Assembly (NCBI GenBank): GCA_028687915.1
Contig: JAQTZF010000001.1
Location: 167,969 to 214,228, forward strand
Direction: 5' to 3'
Source of the DNA: Candidatus Daviesbacteria bacterium
GTDB taxonomy: Bacteria; Patescibacteriota; Microgenomatia; Daviesbacterales; UBA10151
DNA length: 46,260 nucleotides
In this document: piece by piece, positions 8,119 through 17,954 of the stretch
Position numbering within the stretch: position 1 is the stretch's first letter
Layout of the letters: every line of letters begins with the position of its first letter
Made by a program: the position numbers and the translations under genes
Notes under the pieces: generated by a model
The model's input: the letters and a program-made list of their open reading frames with translations, nothing else
Told to the model about the DNA's origin: nothing
Database searches by the model: none

Positions 8119-8712
8119 ATGGCAAAGCTACATTATCAAGAAGCAATCACGGAAAAAGAGAAAAAGGCTTTTGAAAAATTCTTAGCTGAAGATGAAGAAT
8201 TAATTTTAGCCACTGGTTTTGGTTCGGTTTACTTACGTTCTGTGTTTATGCAGGCAATTCTTTGGCCTGGAATTATCTTTTGGATTATTGGATTAGCTTC
8301 TGCAAATTTTTTGCAGATAAACTTAGGATACGGACTTTTAGTAGGCTTAATCTTTTCTTGTTTAGTAGCCTTTTTAAAGAGTACTCATGCATATCATGCT
8401 AACCGTTATCTTTTAACAACCAGGAGAGTGATTATTAAACGGGGTGTGTTTGCAGTTTCTTTAACCTCTGCTCTTTACGATAAAATTACTCATATTGAAG
8501 TGATTCAATCCTTTATTGATAAACTCTTTTATCATTTAGGTAATATTATTATTAATACTGCTGGAACTAATAAAGATGAAATAGTTTTAAAATATGTTGA
8601 TTACCCTGTGGAATTTAAGAATCTACTGGAAAGAATGATTAACCGGGAACGTGAACAATATGGCGGACGTGGTGGATCAGTCACTACTATTGAAGGTGAA
8701 TTAGTGGACTGA
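8119..8712 (+). CDS. PH-domain (bPH_2/YdbT-like) membrane protein
   Basis: Two TM helices are followed by YLLTTRRVIIKRGVFAVSLTSALYDKITHIEVIQSFIDKLFYHLGNIIINTAG, typical of the bacterial PH domain PF03703. TATTAT at 8106-8111 lies 7 nt before the ATG. Confidence 0.6.
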   Translation: MAKLHYQEAITEKEKKAFEKFLAEDEELILATGFGSVYLRSVFMQAILWPGIIFWIIGLASANFLQINLGYGLLVGLIFSCLVAFLKSTHAYHANRYLLTTRRVIIKRGVFAVSLTSALYDKITHIEVIQSFIDKLFYHLGNIIINTAGTNKDEIVLKYVDYPVEFKNLLERMINREREQYGGRGGSVTTIEGELVD

Positions 8713-9396
8713 TTTAGAATAGGCTATAAAATCAGGAACTGCAGGTAATATATTAGCAGGGTTAATATATTTATTATTCTTCATAATTTCCAAATGAGTG
8801 TGTGGTCCTGTAGTACGCCCAGTTAGCCCCACCTGGCCTAAGATTGAATCCTTGGTAACAGAATCTCCTGCTTTAGCATATATTTTACCCATGTGGCTGT
8901 AGGTTGATTTATAGCCTAATTCATGTTCAACTGTGACCTGATTTCCATAACCAAAAAAACCATATTTAACTTCAGTTACTTTTCCCTTTAAAATTGGATG
9001 AATAGGCATACCTAAACCTATGGCAATATCTATTCCGGGATGCCAGGATGAATAAGTAGTGGTTAAATATCCAATATGAGGAAGACTAAAAGGTTCAGAA
9101 AGAGTGCCTGGTTCAATTTTTTGATCCTGAGAAAAGTCTGCTAAGACAACTGATTTTTGAATAGGTGGAATAGCCAGGACAGGCTGATATCCGGTGAAGT
9201 AAAGAGCCATCAATATCATAAACGCAAATTTAGAAGCGATTGATGGTCTTAAAAATATTGGTAGCTTTCTATAACCCCTTTTATACTTTAAAAGCTGATG
9301 TTGGGAGATTAAGTGATTTAGGGCGACCCCTTCATTTAACCTCTTAGGCAAAAGTTTTCGAATTAATCGAAAATTCATACTTTTCGTGATGAACAC
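8701..9396 (-). CDS. M23 family metallopeptidase (LytM-like)
   Basis: HPGIDIA and GLTGRTTGPHTHLEI motifs, with an N-terminal TM segment. The start is uncertain, either GTG 9396 or ATG 9378. Confidence 0.85.
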   Translation of the reverse strand: MFITKSMNFRLIRKLLPKRLNEGVALNHLISQHQLLKYKRGYRKLPIFLRPSIASKFAFMILMALYFTGYQPVLAIPPIQKSVVLADFSQDQKIEPGTLSEPFSLPHIGYLTTTYSSWHPGIDIAIGLGMPIHPILKGKVTEVKYGFFGYGNQVTVEHELGYKSTYSHMGKIYAKAGDSVTKDSILGQVGLTGRTTGPHTHLEIMKNNKYINPANILPAVPDFIAYSKSVH

Positions 9397-9489
9397 GAAG
9401 TGTAAATTATACTTTAACTGAGCTTAAAAAGCAAATTAAGAAGCTTGAGTTAGCCAAACAACTAAAGTATTTTTTGTATATAATTGATA

Positions 9490-10296
9490 ATGATGAGAAG
9501 AAAACTTTTTTTACTTTTAGTATTTATTTGCCTGATACTTTTAATAATTCAATTTGGTAAACAACAACTGACAGATATTTTGGGGGTCACCTCCAAAGGA
9601 GGATTAAAAATTGTATCTGTGCCAATCGAGGCAGCTGTATATATTAATGGTCAGGAAGTGGGTAAGACTCCTTATAGGGATGATAATTTAGATGTGGGGG
9701 AATACTCAGTAAAGATTAGCAGTAATGATTCTTCTTGGGAGGGAAAAATTAGTTTAAATAAAGGCACTTTGTCTGTAATAAATAGAAGTCTTTCTCCAAA
9801 TACTGCTTCATCTTCTGGAGAAAGCCTGGTTTTGGATAAGGGGCAGGGTATCATAATTACCTCTACTCCAGGAGGTTCGGATATTTCAGTGGATGGAAAG
9901 TTAGTGGGGCAATCTCCATTATCTATATCTGATTTATCTTCCGGATCACATAGTTTTGATGTTTCTCATGATGGGTATTTAAGCCGAAGGGTTGATGTAA
10001 TTGTTCCTGCCAACTTGTCTCTTCATATAAACGTTGATTTGGCTTTAATAGCAGTGAAGGAAAATAATGTTATTACCCCCACAGTTGCTGTTGTAAAAAA
10101 AATAGTTATTAAACAAACCCCACTTGGATATTTAAGATTAAGAGAGGGGCCAAGTATTAATACTAAAGAAGTAGGACAGGTATCAGCTGGAGAAGAGCTA
10201 AATATAGTTTCTGAAAGTGGTAGTTGGATTAAGGTTAAATTAAAAGATAACTTAGAAGGATGGGTTTCTGCTCAGTATATTCAAAGGCTTAATTAA
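9490..10296 (+). CDS. PEGA-domain / SH3b-domain envelope protein
   Basis: Signal anchor, then two PEGA-like repeats (LKIVSVPIEAAVYINGQEVGKTPY; IIITSTPGGSDISVDGKLVGQSPL). The C-terminal SH3_3-like segment is YLRLREGPSINTKEVGQVSAGEELNIVSESGSWIKVKL..GWVSAQYI. The ORF track starts at TTG 9484; ATG 9490 or 9493 follows TATAAT at 9479-9484. Confidence 0.7.
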   Translation: MMRRKLFLLLVFICLILLIIQFGKQQLTDILGVTSKGGLKIVSVPIEAAVYINGQEVGKTPYRDDNLDVGEYSVKISSNDSSWEGKISLNKGTLSVINRSLSPNTASSSGESLVLDKGQGIIITSTPGGSDISVDGKLVGQSPLSISDLSSGSHSFDVSHDGYLSRRVDVIVPANLSLHINVDLALIAVKENNVITPTVAVVKKIVIKQTPLGYLRLREGPSINTKEVGQVSAGEELNIVSESGSWIKVKLKDNLEGWVSAQYIQRLN

Positions 10297-11234
10297 TAAT
10301 TTCCCAGATAATAAATAATTATTACCACTAAAATTAACCATAAAATTACACTTGATAAAAGCGGGGTATCAGTTAATAAAACCTTTTCTGGTGATTCACC
10401 TTCTTTTTTCTCATAAATAACATATAAATATCTCATCACTCCATAAATAACCAAAGGTACAGTTATCATCATGTATTTAGCTTCATTGATGGGCAGTGAT
10501 CCAATATCAAATAATCCCAGGATGTTGTGTCTTAAGGTTACGGGTGATTGCTGAAAAGCAAAAAGAGCATAAGTTAACCAAGCAGAATTGGCAAACATGG
10601 AAGTTAGAATATCCAGTAAAGCCTCTGGATAATGGAGAAGTGTTTCCCTGTGTTTGGCAGCAATATCTTTTTGAGCCATAAGAGTAAGTTCTGACCTTCT
10701 TTTTCCAATTGCTAAAAAGAGAGAGAAGGAAATAATAGATAATAAAAACCACACATTTAAATGAGCATCAATTGCCCAAATACCAGCGTAGACCCGTAGT
10801 ACAAACCCAGCTGCAATAACCATCACATCCAGTAGAATGACTGATTTAAAATAAGCAGAGTATAGAAGTTGTAATAAAAGATATGCCAGTCCTGCATAAA
10901 ACAACGATGGTGAGGTTAGATAAGCAAGTGGCAACAGGATGATAATTAATCCAATTACAATTGAAATGACTAATGGTATTGGAACTTGACCGGATGCAAT
11001 TGGCCGCTGGCTTTTAATGGGGTGTTGTTTATCCCTTTCAATGTCAAATACATCATTTAATAAATATACTGCGGAAGAAAACCCACAAAACAAAAAGAAA
11101 GCTTTGGTGATTAAAACTACAGAGGTTGTATTATCAAGTTGTCCGGCAAAAACTAACCCGGCAAATAAGGCAACATTTTTTATCCATTGTCTTGGCCTTG
11201 CGGCTCGCAATAATCCCCAAAAGAGTTTAACCAT
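10293..11234 (-). CDS. UbiA-family prenyltransferase, decaprenyl-phosphate phosphoribosyltransferase-like
   Basis: N-terminal RPRQWIKNVALFAGLVFAG and the motif YLLNDVFDIERDKQHPIKSQRPIASG. The protein is multi-TM. The pattern resembles the Rv3806c-type DPPR synthase subfamily. Confidence 0.7.
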   Translation of the reverse strand: MVKLFWGLLRAARPRQWIKNVALFAGLVFAGQLDNTTSVVLITKAFFLFCGFSSAVYLLNDVFDIERDKQHPIKSQRPIASGQVPIPLVISIVIGLIIILLPLAYLTSPSLFYAGLAYLLLQLLYSAYFKSVILLDVMVIAAGFVLRVYAGIWAIDAHLNVWFLLSIISFSLFLAIGKRRSELTLMAQKDIAAKHRETLLHYPEALLDILTSMFANSAWLTYALFAFQQSPVTLRHNILGLFDIGSLPINEAKYMMITVPLVIYGVMRYLYVIYEKKEGESPEKVLLTDTPLLSSVILWLILVVIIIYYLGNY

Positions 11235-12298
11235 AAAATAAATCCTGCAAAAAGCAACACAACAATAATAATGGCAAATAATTTTAATTCAGGCCCAACC
11301 AGTAAAGCAACTGCTCCCAACATAACAGATACTAATATATAAAACAAGCTAATTTTTTGATGAGACCAACCTAAATCAAGTAGTTTATGATGAAGGTGAT
11401 TTCGATCCCCCCACACAGGGGATTTACCACTAATAATTCTCTTGAAAAAGATATATATAAAATCAATGGCAGGGACGGCTAAAACTAATAGGGCGGTAGC
11501 AACTTTAGCTCCTGATAGAATTGCTAAAATTGCTAACATAAAAGCTAAAATAGTAGAACCGGAAAAGCCAGGTAAAATTTTACTGGGATACCAATTAAAG
11601 ACTAAAAATCCTGCAGAAACTCCTGCTGTGATAAAGGAGAGTTTGGCGATATTGAGTTGATTTATATCACCCTGAAAAAAGAACTTTAAAGATAATAATC
11701 CTAAAATAATTGCTGTAACTAAAGTAATCCCTGGCATCTGACCATCAACACCCTTAGACCAATTGATTATTTGTGTTAAAGCAACAATCCAAAAAATGGC
11801 AAAAATATCTGCGATTAAGATAATATTATGTGCTCCAAAAAAGTTAAAAGTATAAATTATTTCATCCAAACGAATAATGGGTGCAGTTAAAGAGAGCGGT
11901 AAGAAGGGGAAAAAGGCGAGGGGGTTTGCAATAAATGATATGCCGATACCAGCACCTACTGCAAAACAAGCTGCGATGAAAAGTAAAAAAAGACGTAAAT
12001 AAGGGCTAAATTTAATGGCTTTATCATCGGCAATTCCAATTAAGAGAAGTAACGTAATACCTGCAAATATTCCGATTAAATATTTTTGAATTGGTATAAA
12101 GATTAAACTTGAAATAATTATGCCAAGATATATAGCTAGTCCACCGGCTCGGGGAATTACCCTTGTTTGAACATGAGCGGGATGTGGTCTTTTTTTAGGG
12201 TCATCAACCAACTTATTAATTTTGGCAAACTTAATTACAAAGGGAGTAATTATGAGAGTAAATATAAAAGATGCTATTGTTGGTATTAAAATCTCCAT
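11180..12298 (-). CDS. glycosyltransferase family 4 (MraY/WecA-type polyprenyl-phosphate sugar-1-phosphate transferase)
   Basis: About 10 TM segments, with DDPKKRPHPAHVQTRVIPRAGGLAIYLG, IGIADD and INWSKGVDGQMPG motifs characteristic of PF00953. It overlaps the next gene by 55 nt. Confidence 0.8.
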   Translation of the reverse strand: MEILIPTIASFIFTLIITPFVIKFAKINKLVDDPKKRPHPAHVQTRVIPRAGGLAIYLGIIISSLIFIPIQKYLIGIFAGITLLLLIGIADDKAIKFSPYLRLFLLFIAACFAVGAGIGISFIANPLAFFPFLPLSLTAPIIRLDEIIYTFNFFGAHNIILIADIFAIFWIVALTQIINWSKGVDGQMPGITLVTAIILGLLSLKFFFQGDINQLNIAKLSFITAGVSAGFLVFNWYPSKILPGFSGSTILAFMLAILAILSGAKVATALLVLAVPAIDFIYIFFKRIISGKSPVWGDRNHLHHKLLDLGWSHQKISLFYILVSVMLGAVALLVGPELKLFAIIIVVLLFAGFILWLNSFGDYCEPQGQDNG

Positions 12299-12648
12299 TA
12301 GATAAAGATTGTAATTATCTTTAAGGCTGTTATTAATATGATTAAGTCAATAATAATTAAGGAGAACATCAACATCTTTCTTAACAGGCTTTGAGCTGAG
12401 TGTAGTTGAGAAGTAATTAAAGAATTTACCAGACAAATTAGTGCAAGAATAATAGGTAATAATAAAAATTGTTGTTTTGTAGCTAATTGACTTCCCCCCC
12501 AGGATAGTGAGTAAAAGAGAGGTAATTGATTTGGTAATTGATTATAAAATAAAAAATAGGAAACTAGGATAACTACTATGGAAACAATAGTAATTAGAAC
12601 TGACACAACAAAATATTTATCAGCTGTGGTCCAAAATTTGGAGAACAT
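12298..12648 (-). CDS. hypothetical small membrane protein
   Basis: ORF 12298..12702. I prefer the internal ATG at 12648 (MFSKFWTT...), which removes the overlap with the upstream GT2 gene. It has three predicted TM helices. Its stop overlaps the next start (TAATG). Confidence 0.45.
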   Translation of the reverse strand: MFSKFWTTADKYFVVSVLITIVSIVVILVSYFLFYNQLPNQLPLFYSLSWGGSQLATKQQFLLLPIILALICLVNSLITSQLHSAQSLLRKMLMFSLIIIDLIILITALKIITIFI

Positions 12649-12649
12649 T

Positions 12650-14440
12650 TTATTCTTTAGTCCTTGCTTTAACAGTTGTTCTAAATTCCATATAATTTCC
12701 AAACATTAAGCGTGTTTGGGCATCAATTGCTGGTAGGGCAGAAATAGAAACCATGATAACAGGGATTAATACCCATTGAATATATGACCATAATTTTTCT
12801 AAGGCATTCCAGGATTTTGGTCTTGGTGGCACAGTTTTTTCATGAACAAAGATGGTGGCAAAAAGCCCAAAGAAAGCACCTGTTAAGATGTAAGATGAAA
12901 CCACAGGGAGGTTATATGCTACAGCTGATTCATTGTAATGAGGATTAACTAAAGGTATTAGAAGACCTGCAAAAGTAACAAATAATGCCAGTGTTCCCCA
13001 TTTGAAGTCTCCCCATATTTTAAATAATACTTTATCTGTCTTATTCCAAAAATCAATATCTTTTTGATTAAAATAAGACTTAATAATAAAAGGCATATGT
13101 TCCACTCCATAGGCCCATCTTTTTAATTGTAAATATTGATTTTGGAAAGTTTTTAAAATTGTTGTGTCTAGCACTGCATCAGCAGTAATAGGCATGTAAT
13201 GAGGAATAACTTTATAGTGACCATTGTAGTGAAAGTATGCTTTCCAGTAGAAACCAGAATCATCGTTTACCTTATCTGGAATCCATAAACCAATATCAAG
13301 CAAAGAAGACAGATTCATAGAAAGGGACGAAAAATTCATATACTTATCAGAACCAACCATTTCCGCGAGTTGCCAGAAGGCTGTTCCTGTAGCAATAAGT
13401 CTCATTGGGGCTGGTGCTTGCCAATAATTATTATAGTAAAGGAAAACACCTGTGTAAGATCTGTGTAAACGCTCTTTAACAGGAGTGGCTAAGTATTTAT
13501 GCATCATACCTGCCAGAAATTGAGGATGGACTACAAAATCTGCATCAAGAGTGGTAACGATGACCTTACTGGGATCGATTTTAATTTTAGCAAATTCTTT
13601 GGTGGCATTGATGATAATAAAATTACGGTTTGTTGCGGGCCCGGCAATTTCTCCAGGTAAGCCATAAGGGTGTACCGTGACAAAGCAGCCACCGATTTTA
13701 TCACTATTAACTGCACAATAATGTTGTACTTCAGCAATCTTTTTTGGATCATCTCTTTGTTCTAACCCGATACTTAAAAATATTTTATCTTTTGGATAAT
13801 TGGAATTAATAATGGCATCAAATGCAGGCTTTAATACTTCAAGTGATTCTTTATAGGTGGGAATTACAAATAAATGATAATATTCTTTCCATTCATCAGG
13901 AAAATCCTGGTCAAGCTTTTGTAGCCAATTTTGTTTTTTTGCATAATTCATTTTTTTGTATCCAATATAAATTAAAATAGCAATCTTACAGGCATTAAAA
14001 AGCCAATAGATATCTGCAATTAAGATAATGTAGGCAACAGCAAAGGGTAATGTGTAAGAAAGCCATAAAGGAGAGGTTAAGGCTAACCAGGTCAAGGTTC
14101 CCGGGAAGATTTCAAGAAGCCTATCAATACCTTTTTCATGCCTTTTAGCAAAAGCATGTTCTGCGTTTTCAAATAAAAAATAATTTTTTGATAAAATATG
14201 ATGAACAATTAAGCCAAGTCCGGCACCTATTGCAATAAAGGTAGTCAGTGTTTTAATAGAATCTGATCCTGCAAAGAAACCAATAAATACCCCAGCCATA
14301 GTTAAAATTAGTCCGATTACACTGTGGCTGATTGGAAATATTCTCTTAATTAAAGGGATTTTTCGATTGATTGTGGCAACTAACTCCCCAATATAAAAAA
14401 AGAAAATAAAACTAATGATTAAACTTAATAATATTCGCAT
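12650..14440 (-). CDS. membrane-embedded glycosyltransferase family 2 (processive, cellulose-synthase-like)
   Basis: N- and C-terminal TM bundles flank a GT-A core. The core shows VIPTYKESLEVL, TTLDADFVVHPQF (DxD) and QLKRWAYG (QxxRW). Confidence 0.8.
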   Translation of the reverse strand: MRILLSLIISFIFFFYIGELVATINRKIPLIKRIFPISHSVIGLILTMAGVFIGFFAGSDSIKTLTTFIAIGAGLGLIVHHILSKNYFLFENAEHAFAKRHEKGIDRLLEIFPGTLTWLALTSPLWLSYTLPFAVAYIILIADIYWLFNACKIAILIYIGYKKMNYAKKQNWLQKLDQDFPDEWKEYYHLFVIPTYKESLEVLKPAFDAIINSNYPKDKIFLSIGLEQRDDPKKIAEVQHYCAVNSDKIGGCFVTVHPYGLPGEIAGPATNRNFIIINATKEFAKIKIDPSKVIVTTLDADFVVHPQFLAGMMHKYLATPVKERLHRSYTGVFLYYNNYWQAPAPMRLIATGTAFWQLAEMVGSDKYMNFSSLSMNLSSLLDIGLWIPDKVNDDSGFYWKAYFHYNGHYKVIPHYMPITADAVLDTTILKTFQNQYLQLKRWAYGVEHMPFIIKSYFNQKDIDFWNKTDKVLFKIWGDFKWGTLALFVTFAGLLIPLVNPHYNESAVAYNLPVVSSYILTGAFFGLFATIFVHEKTVPPRPKSWNALEKLWSYIQWVLIPVIMVSISALPAIDAQTRLMFGNYMEFRTTVKARTKE

Positions 14441-14506
14441 AACCTAGGCAGGTTTCCTCATTATAGCTCAAATAGAATTATTAATTAAGTCCTGCGATAA
14501 AACTCT

Positions 14507-14971
14507 TTAAATCTTAATATATTTTTTAAAGAAGCTAAGGAAAACTAATAAACTAATAATGGCAATACAGGTGGCAATTATTTGATCAAACATATAAAGT
14601 TCAAGAGGGCTTAAGTTAAGGTTATTAGCTATTTCCAGCCATTCTTTTTCCCATGGTCTGTTTAGAGAAGAAAATTGAGCATTCAACCCATACAAAGCTT
14701 CTATAAAAGCCCTAATTGTGGCATATATGGAAAAAAATAAGCCAGAATATATTGGATTATCTTTCTTCCATAAAGTTACAGAAGCAATAGCCAAAAATGT
14801 TCCTAATACTATTGCATCTCCCCAAACAAATATACCTAATGGGAAAAAAGCCCAACTGTGAGCAGAAAAGTTGCCACCTAAGTAGTTTATGACTCCTAAT
14901 ATAGCTGCTAAAGAAGAGAAAGCTCCAATACTTATAAGGAATAATTGATGATGGTTAAAATTTGTTTTCAT
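14507..14971 (-). CDS. hypothetical membrane protein (4 TM)
   Basis: Hydrophobic 154-aa ORF sitting tightly between tatD and the GT2 gene. It has no recognised motif. Confidence 0.45.
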   Translation of the reverse strand: MKTNFNHHQLFLISIGAFSSLAAILGVINYLGGNFSAHSWAFFPLGIFVWGDAIVLGTFLAIASVTLWKKDNPIYSGLFFSIYATIRAFIEALYGLNAQFSSLNRPWEKEWLEIANNLNLSPLELYMFDQIIATCIAIISLLVFLSFFKKYIKI

Positions 14972-14986
14972 GAATAAGTTTTAAGT

Positions 14987-15778
14987 TTAAGGTAAATTGA
15001 ATAAGGTTTTAGCATTATTCAAGGTGATTTCAGCAACTTGATCAAAGGTTAAATCTTTAATTTCAGCAATTGTTTTTACAACCTCAGAAACATTTGCTGG
15101 CTCATTTCTTTGACCTCTTTGGGTTTGTGGGGGAAGGAAGGGGCAATCAGTTTCTGTCAGAACTTTTTCCAAGGGTATTGATTTGATAATTTCTCTTAAT
15201 GCTTCATTTTTGGGATAAGTAATAATACAAGAAAATGAAAGGTAGAAACCTAAGTCCAGAGCCTTTTGAGCAATTTCTTTTGATCCTGTAAAACTATGTA
15301 ATATAGCAGTTACCCCAGAGAAATCAAAATCAAAAATATCTTCCCAGGCATCGCGGCAGTGGATAATCAAAGGTAAATTAAGTTTTTTAGCCAGATTAAT
15401 CTGAGCTTGAAATAAAGCTTTTTGGGCGATTATTTCTTCACCAGTAATTTGTCCGTCGCGTTTAAAATAATCTAATCCGCATTCTCCAACCCCAACCACT
15501 TTTTGAGGATTTGCTAAATAGATTTTTTCTAAAGCCTTTATTTTTAAAGGAATAGATTTATCAGGATCAACCAGAGGTACATATTCCGGGTGCAGGCCAA
15601 TGGAAGAATACATTTTTATTTTACTATCAGTAATCTGTAATGCAGCTTTGCTGGAATTAATACTGGGACCAATATTAATAATGATTCCTACCCCAGCCTC
15701 TCTTGCTCTTTTGATAACGGCATCAAAATCTGGCTTAAATTGTTTAACGTCTAAATGTGCGTGTGTATCAGTAATCAT
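14987..15778 (-). CDS. tatD: TatD family metal-dependent hydrolase (DNase)
   Basis: N-terminal MITDTHAHLD, plus GECGLDY, IHCRDA, HSFTGS and ETDCPFL motifs. Confidence 0.9.
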   Translation of the reverse strand: MITDTHAHLDVKQFKPDFDAVIKRAREAGVGIIINIGPSINSSKAALQITDSKIKMYSSIGLHPEYVPLVDPDKSIPLKIKALEKIYLANPQKVVGVGECGLDYFKRDGQITGEEIIAQKALFQAQINLAKKLNLPLIIHCRDAWEDIFDFDFSGVTAILHSFTGSKEIAQKALDLGFYLSFSCIITYPKNEALREIIKSIPLEKVLTETDCPFLPPQTQRGQRNEPANVSEVVKTIAEIKDLTFDQVAEITLNNAKTLFNLP

Positions 15779-15779
15779 T

Positions 15780-16088
15780 TTATTTTATCCATGTCCAAAG
15801 CCAAAAGGCTAAAAAAGCAATGAATAAACTTACAGATGATATTCCCATTAACCCAAATTCGCTAGCACTTAGTGATTTAATTGTTAATAGTAAGACTGTG
15901 GCTTCTATTGGTAGAGCCCAATAGCGATGGAATTTCCCTAGTAAACTAACTTGGCGAACTGGTTTTTTGTGACCCATGTCAATTAAAGGATGGTGTATAT
16001 GCAAAATATCTTGCAGCAGATCTCGAGTTAGATGATAGGTAGCCCAAATAAATAAAAGCCAAATAATGATGTTCTCTATTTGTGTCAT
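15780..16088 (-). CDS. hypothetical small membrane protein
   Basis: 102-aa ORF with 3 hydrophobic helices. It lies 1 nt upstream of tatD and directly downstream of metG. Confidence 0.4.
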   Translation of the reverse strand: MTQIENIIIWLLFIWATYHLTRDLLQDILHIHHPLIDMGHKKPVRQVSLLGKFHRYWALPIEATVLLLTIKSLSASEFGLMGISSVSLFIAFLAFWLWTWIK

Positions 16089-16097
16089 AAAAATATC

Positions 16098-17486
16098 TTA
16101 TCTAATTCTAGGAAAAAGTGATGGCCCGGATTTAACTTCACCGGAGAATTGGGTTAAGATTTTTTCTGCAGTTTCTGGTAAAAATGGTTTTAGGCTTAAA
16201 GCAATAGAGCGAATTTTAATACTGCTTTCTGATAAAAATTCTGTTAGTTCTGCTGTCTCTAATTTCCAGGGCTGTACTTCATTAATCTTTTTATCAAGTG
16301 CAGCAATATCTTGCCAAATAAAGGTTAATGCCTCGCTAAATTTAAGTTCTTTTAACTTTTGCGAAACAAGGGGATCAAATATTTCTGTAGTTTCTGTTAC
16401 TTTGAAATTTACTTTTTCTGCAAGTTTTGCAATTCTTGCGATCAAATTACCTAAACCATTAGCTAAGTCTGCATTAAAACTTCGGTCAAGATACTCCCAT
16501 GAAAAATCCCCGTCTTCTCCAAAAGGAAAAGCTGATAAAAGGACATATCTGGTTCCATCAACACCATATTTAGTTATTAACTCCTCAGGCTTGATTACAT
16601 TACCAATAGTTTTAGACATTTTTTGCCCATTAATAGTAAAAAATCCATGAGCAAAAACTTGCTTGGGAGTTTCTTCATTAATAGAGAGAAGCATGGCGGG
16701 CCAGATGATACTATGAAACCAAAGGATATCCTTGCCGACAAGATGTAAATCAGCCGGCCAAATACCTTTTTCTTTGCCATACGTGTAATAGTTTATAAGA
16801 GCATCAATCCAAACATAAACAGTGTGTTTATTATCAAATGGTAAAGGGATTCCCCATTCTAGGCTAGCCCGCGAGATAGAAATATCTTCCAATCCTTGTT
16901 TTATTTTTCCTAAAACTTCATTTTTTCGGGCAATGGGACGAACATTAATCTCATCAGAAGAGATTAATGTTTCTAATTGATCCTGAAATTTGCTTAACTT
17001 AAAATAATAATTTTCTTCTGCATATTCAATTGGTTTAGTTTTATGTTCAGAGCATACACCATCTGTTAACTCTTCTGGTGACATAAATTTTTCATGACCC
17101 ACACAATATAATCCTTTATATAGTCTGGGATTTTGATCAATTGCATCATTCTCGTACATTTTTTGCAAAAAACCCTGAACGATTTTTATATGATCTTCAT
17201 CAGTGGTTCTAATAAAGCGAGAATAATTTATATTTAATTTATCCCAGATTTGTTTAAACTCTGAAGATATTTGATCTACATATTGTTGGGGTTTAAGGTT
17301 GTGTTTTTTAGCAGCTTCTTCAATTTTTGCTCCATGTTCATCAGCACCAGTTAATAATCTGGCATCATAACCTATTTGTTTATAAAAACGGGTAATTACA
17401 TCTGCGGCAATTGTTGTATAGGTATGCCCGATATGTGGAACATCATTAACATAATATATTGGTGTAGTTGCGTAATATTTATTCAT
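16098..17486 (-). CDS. metG: methionine--tRNA ligase (short form)
   Basis: HIGH motif (PHIGHTYTTIAADV), KMSKS motif (GQKMSKTIGNVI), and a WIDALINY block. Confidence 0.93.
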   Translation of the reverse strand: MNKYYATTPIYYVNDVPHIGHTYTTIAADVITRFYKQIGYDARLLTGADEHGAKIEEAAKKHNLKPQQYVDQISSEFKQIWDKLNINYSRFIRTTDEDHIKIVQGFLQKMYENDAIDQNPRLYKGLYCVGHEKFMSPEELTDGVCSEHKTKPIEYAEENYYFKLSKFQDQLETLISSDEINVRPIARKNEVLGKIKQGLEDISISRASLEWGIPLPFDNKHTVYVWIDALINYYTYGKEKGIWPADLHLVGKDILWFHSIIWPAMLLSINEETPKQVFAHGFFTINGQKMSKTIGNVIKPEELITKYGVDGTRYVLLSAFPFGEDGDFSWEYLDRSFNADLANGLGNLIARIAKLAEKVNFKVTETTEIFDPLVSQKLKELKFSEALTFIWQDIAALDKKINEVQPWKLETAELTEFLSESSIKIRSIALSLKPFLPETAEKILTQFSGEVKSGPSLFPRIR

Positions 17487-17492
17487 GCTAGG

Positions 17493-17498
17493 ATTGTA
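17493..17498 (-). promoter_or_regulatory. -10 box TACAAT, 6 nt upstream of the metG ATG
   Basis: The minus strand reads gtTACAAT-cctagc-ATG, with no SD motif. Confidence 0.45.
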
Positions 17499-17525
17499 AC
17501 TTTTTGGTACTTGCCTGTCAAAGCA

Positions 17526-17891
17526 TTAACGCTGTTTCTTAAGCTTTAAACTTTGAATTTTTGACTGTTGTAAGCTTCGTGTTTTCTTAAAAGAGATAGC
17601 ACTAAAAGTTGTGGCAACTATGATAAGTGCTCCCGATAAAAAATTTAGCATTCCCAATGATTTAAAAATTATCATTAAAATAATCCCAAGACTAAGAATG
17701 AAACTTCTTATATAGAACTTAAAAAAAATATTTAATAAAAATATTAAAAATAAAAAGAGGGGAATAAAAAACAATAATAATTGAATAAAATTTGCTGATG
17801 TTAAAGACTGAGGAGGCTTAGTAAAGTAAACAATAATAACAAACACGCCTCCAAATATAAGAATAGGCAGGATTTTTTTAAGGTATTGCAC
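17526..17891 (-). CDS. hypothetical membrane protein
   Basis: 121-aa hydrophobic ORF with a GTG start. TACAAT (complement of 17898-17903) lies 6 nt upstream. Confidence 0.4.
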   Translation of the reverse strand: MQYLKKILPILIFGGVFVIIVYFTKPPQSLTSANFIQLLLFFIPLFLFLIFLLNIFFKFYIRSFILSLGIILMIIFKSLGMLNFLSGALIIVATTFSAISFKKTRSLQQSKIQSLKLKKQR

Positions 17892-17939
17892 TTAGTTATT
17901 GTATCGTGGGCGAGATTACAAGACAAGTTAAAAAAAATT

Positions 17940-17948
17940 TGGTAAAAT
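17940..17948 (+). promoter_or_regulatory. extended -10 TGgTAAAAT, 6 nt upstream of ATG 17955
   Basis: The sequence reads tttTGGTAAAATagggatATG. Confidence 0.45.
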
Positions 17949-17954
17949 AGGGAT

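Noticed and set aside
16066-16650. 194-aa plus-strand ORF, surprisingly long for AT-rich DNA
   Set aside because: It is antisense to metG, a strongly supported gene with HIGH and KMSKS motifs. Its product is Ser/Leu-rich and low-complexity, as expected for the mirror frame of a real gene. No promoter or SD motif is visible.
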